Shown: positions 7,351-10,029 of the stretch, piece by piece | Numbering within the stretch: the first letter of the stretch is position 1 | Layout of the letters: each line of letters starts with the position of its first letter | From: Oligoflexales bacterium | GTDB taxonomy: Bacteria > Bdellovibrionota_B > Oligoflexia > Oligoflexales > Bog-1112 | Assembly (NCBI GenBank): GCA_045105515.1 | Contig: JBGCDR010000014.1 | Coordinates: 1 to 10,029, forward strand | Length of the DNA stretch: 10,029 bases | Reading direction: 5' to 3' | The notes under the pieces: model-generated | What the model saw: the letters and a program-made list of their open reading frames with translations, nothing else | Databases searched by the model: none | Told to the model about the DNA's origin: nothing | Position numbers and translations under genes: made by a program

Positions 7351-8661
7351 ATGAGTGATATTGAGGAATATAGACTAAATCCACTTGCCAATTTTGATAC
7401 CATTTTGGTTCGTATGTCTTACAGACTATTTAACCTACCGGTATCTTCATGGCATTCCCTTAGAAAAGAACTAAACGGTAGAAATCAGTGTCTTCATTCA
7501 TTTGACAAAATAGTAAATCTGCATAATAAAACTGCTACTTTTACCTTCCATTACACCAAAGATAGAACTTCGGAGAATCCGCTCTTAGTTGTAGGGGTTT
7601 TAATTTCTTTCAATGGGGTGCAAGAATACCAAAAATTTCTACATGAAAGAGGCTTAACTGTAGACTTAAACAAAAGATCTCCAAGCAATGAAAAATCAAA
7701 CTATCTCACCAATGAAGAACGAAATCTAGCCAATTCTTATGAAGGTTGTACTCCTATTGATTTCTACTTAGATCATCTTCCTAGGAAGGTTTGGCACTCA
7801 CTCTGCATATACTATAATGAAGCTTTATCGAAACTTAATTATTGGATCAAGAACCACACAGATTCCCCAGATCGTTTCCAGACATCTAATCAAGACCACC
7901 AATCATTTAGTTTTCAGTGGGTAGAGATTAATTGTGATCTACCTATCAATGAGGACTCTGACCCCTTGATAGATCCCCAATTTATCAGGAATATTTCTCT
8001 TTATGCTTCCGACATTAGGTCAATTAAGTATGTTAATACCTCTAAGGGAAGACTTAAAAAGGTTAGGACTGCTCCTCACTGCTACCGCAAGTTTAATTAC
8101 TCTCTTGAAGCTACCCTAGATCAACATCAAGTAGATTTAGTCTGCTACCACAAAGACAAGGATATCCTAAGAGTAGAAGCTATCATCAAGGATAAATCGA
8201 AGATTAATAATGAAAAAAAACAAAGGAAAGGTCCTGACAACTTTGAACTTATCAAGAAAGGTTCAGCAGAATACAACGAGGGTGGTAGCAAAGCGTTTAA
8301 TGATGAACATGATATTAAACATATTTTTACAAGGCTCTGGTCCTATGCGTTACCTACCCTAGAGAAGATAGCCAAGAAACATGGTAACCCTTCCCTTAAG
8401 CTAACAAAACGGAGACTGATTAATATTCTTACTGATGCCACTGATGAAGATGATTTTCCTATTTTTGATGAAGACCATGTCACCTACTTAGTTAATCACC
8501 TTCTGAATAATGACTTTATAATTCATCTCTCTTTAGAAAACGGACCCAGCAGACCTATCAAAGATATAGTTAGGAAGCTTGCTAAAATGAAGAAGGTTTT
8601 TCAACCTTTAGGCAAATACCGCAAAGGGGCTTACACGATAATTCCCACGTTGCTAACTTAA
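7351..8661 (+). CDS. Putative replication initiator, Rep_trans / phage gpII-like rolling-circle nickase with C-terminal winged helix
   Basis: FQWVEINCD resembles the R-x-D-x-x-x-D strand motif. LVCYHKDKDILRVE matches Y-x-K...R-x-E (Tyr codon 8146-8148). The C-terminus is wHTH-like. GGAG RBS at 7339-7342 supports ATG 7351. The ORF is solid; the function is tentative. Confidence 0.5.
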   Translation: MSDIEEYRLNPLANFDTILVRMSYRLFNLPVSSWHSLRKELNGRNQCLHSFDKIVNLHNKTATFTFHYTKDRTSENPLLVVGVLISFNGVQEYQKFLHERGLTVDLNKRSPSNEKSNYLTNEERNLANSYEGCTPIDFYLDHLPRKVWHSLCIYYNEALSKLNYWIKNHTDSPDRFQTSNQDHQSFSFQWVEINCDLPINEDSDPLIDPQFIRNISLYASDIRSIKYVNTSKGRLKKVRTAPHCYRKFNYSLEATLDQHQVDLVCYHKDKDILRVEAIIKDKSKINNEKKQRKGPDNFELIKKGSAEYNEGGSKAFNDEHDIKHIFTRLWSYALPTLEKIAKKHGNPSLKLTKRRLINILTDATDEDDFPIFDEDHVTYLVNHLLNNDFIIHLSLENGPSRPIKDIVRKLAKMKKVFQPLGKYRKGAYTIIPTLLT

Positions 8662-8703
8662 TATAGAAGCTTTATTTCCCTCTGGGTTATATAGGATATA
8701 ATT

Positions 8704-9912
8704 ATGAAAGTGAACAATGAGAAGAAAAATGTAGCTATTAAAATATTAAAGTCGCTAGACTCCATTCACCTTATCAACAGTGGGGCTGGTGTAGGAAAAA
8801 CGACCTTCGTAGTATACTTAATCACGAAAATCTTTGAACGTTCCTCTAACTCCGAAATTCTAGTCTTAAGTTTCTCTAGGAATGCTCGCTTCGAGCTAGA
8901 AAAGAGAGTTTGTGAATCATCCAATATAAAAATTAGAACTTTCCACTCCTTCTACCTTAGCATAATCCAGAAGAATATCGGCAACAAAGTTCCGCGAAAG
9001 TCCGCTAATAAAGTAGGTTATTCATCTCTAAAAATATCTGAAGGAATTAAACTGATTGTAGATGACTCAGAAATTATAAAATACCTAAAGGACAACAAAA
9101 TAATCTCCTGTAACAAAACTATAAAGATATTTTTAGAACAGTATAAGAGAATATCCTGGCGCAGAATTACGAACACGGACTTTAGAGATCTACTAAAAAA
9201 GTATGCTAAACGTAAGAAGCAAGACAACAAGATTGATCTTTATGAGATTGAAGTTATAGGTTACAGTCTTCTCAGAAAATACCCTCATCTAGTACATTCT
9301 TATGACTACATCATTGTGGATGAAGCTCAGGACTCAAAAAGCATCAACATCCAAACTCTTCGGCTCCTTATTGACCAAGACACCAAATTAATTTTAGCAG
9401 GTGATGAATACCAGAATATTTATGAGTTTATCGGCACACCAAAATCTATATCTAAAGTAGTTGCTGCAAAACTGAAAACCTTTAAGTCTCATTACCTTCC
9501 TACATCATTCCGTTTAACGAAACGCCTTGCTAATTTGGCTAACTCAATATCTAAGCACTGTAAGTCTATAGAGCATAAAAAAATAAAAGCTAATTCCAGT
9601 AAGAAAAAAGGGAAGAAACCGAAGCTAGTAAAATCTCTAGGATGGGAGGCAATTGATTATTCCGTTAAAAAAATTAAATGTGGTCTTAAACGAGGAAGAT
9701 ATTATGGAGATTATGTGTATTTGTTTCCTATATTCAAACACAGGAGATTCCGAAAATATAAGAGCAGAATATTAAAAAAGTTAGATAAAAATAATATTCA
9801 CTATTACCTCAAAGAAGATGAAGACCACCGGCTTGAACAAATCAACTTATTCTACACCATATTTCATTTTAACAAGCAGGACAAAGACACATTAGAGTTG
9901 TCTAACAATTGA
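8704..9912 (+). pseudogene. UvrD/Rep/PcrA-family SF1 helicase, C-terminally truncated
   Basis: Motifs I (SGAGVGKTT), Ia (LSFSRNA), Ib (TFHSF), II (VDEAQD), III (GDEYQNIY) and IV (TSFR) are present. The ORF stops near the start of the 2B domain, with no motif V or VI. The last codons fall within a putative IS end. Confidence 0.8.
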
Positions 9913-10029
9913 TAAAACCCTTTGGTAGCTTAATTTATGTTATTTTATAGTTCCAAAGACCTGCTGCTGCGTAACCTATTTCATCACGAAGCTTATCAAT
10001 TCTGACTCTTAACTTTGAAGAAGCTGCGT
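9895..10029 (-). mobile_element. Right end of a probable IS5-family (ISL2-group-like) insertion sequence
   Basis: TTA (9892-9894) is followed by GAGTTGTCTAACAA, which resembles ISL2-group termini as I recall them. It lies 40 bp past the stop of a transposase-like ORF and coincides with the helicase truncation. Confidence 0.6.
9935..10027 (-). CDS. C-terminal fragment of a probable IS5-family (DDE_Tnp_4-like) transposase, running off the window edge
   Basis: The minus-strand frame reads AASSKLRVRIDKLRDEIGYAAAGLWNYKIT*, resembling the R-x-R...D...aGLxN C-terminus of these transposases. It is absent from the ORF track because it has no start codon in the window. Confidence 0.6.
   Translation of the reverse strand, partial: AASSKLRVRIDKLRDEIGYAAAGLWNYKIT

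Larger units (their letters stand above)
648..10029. mobile_element. tRNA-Met-integrated genomic island / integrative element (left part; right end lies beyond the window)
   Basis: An int-xis pair lies next to the tRNA 3' end. GC drops sharply (45/60 G+C at 361-420 versus 19/60 at 9781-9840). Contents include HTH regulators, helicases and a Rep-like gene. I saw no second copy of the tRNA 3' end in the window. Confidence 0.85.

Noticed and set aside
4478..9230. Minus-strand ORFs 4478..4681, 6055..6306, 6086..6298 and 9018..9230
   Set aside because: Antisense to well-supported plus-strand genes.

Overview
The window spans the left junction of a low-GC integrative element inserted next to a tRNA-Met(CAT) gene (571-647). 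Bases 1-~650 are GC-rich host DNA carrying a small Cys/His-rich ORF, the tRNA promoter and the tRNA. From ~690 the DNA is AT-rich. The minus strand carries a tyrosine integrase, an overlapping excisionase and a 317-aa protein with an N-terminal HTH. A divergent plus-strand cluster encodes an unknown 314-aa protein, a TGT-fold base-exchange enzyme (archaeosine-TGT/DpdA-like motifs with an altered substrate pocket), an MCM-like P-loop ATPase, a small XRE HTH protein, a putative Rep_trans-like rolling-circle initiator and a UvrD/PcrA-like helicase. The helicase is cut short, apparently by an IS5-family element whose end and transposase C-terminus occupy the last ~135 bp; the ORF track misses this. 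The most notable feature is the orphan TGT/DpdA-like gene, with no dpdB or que genes in the window, paired with an unknown upstream gene inside a replication module. All protein calls come from manual motif recognition, not database searches.
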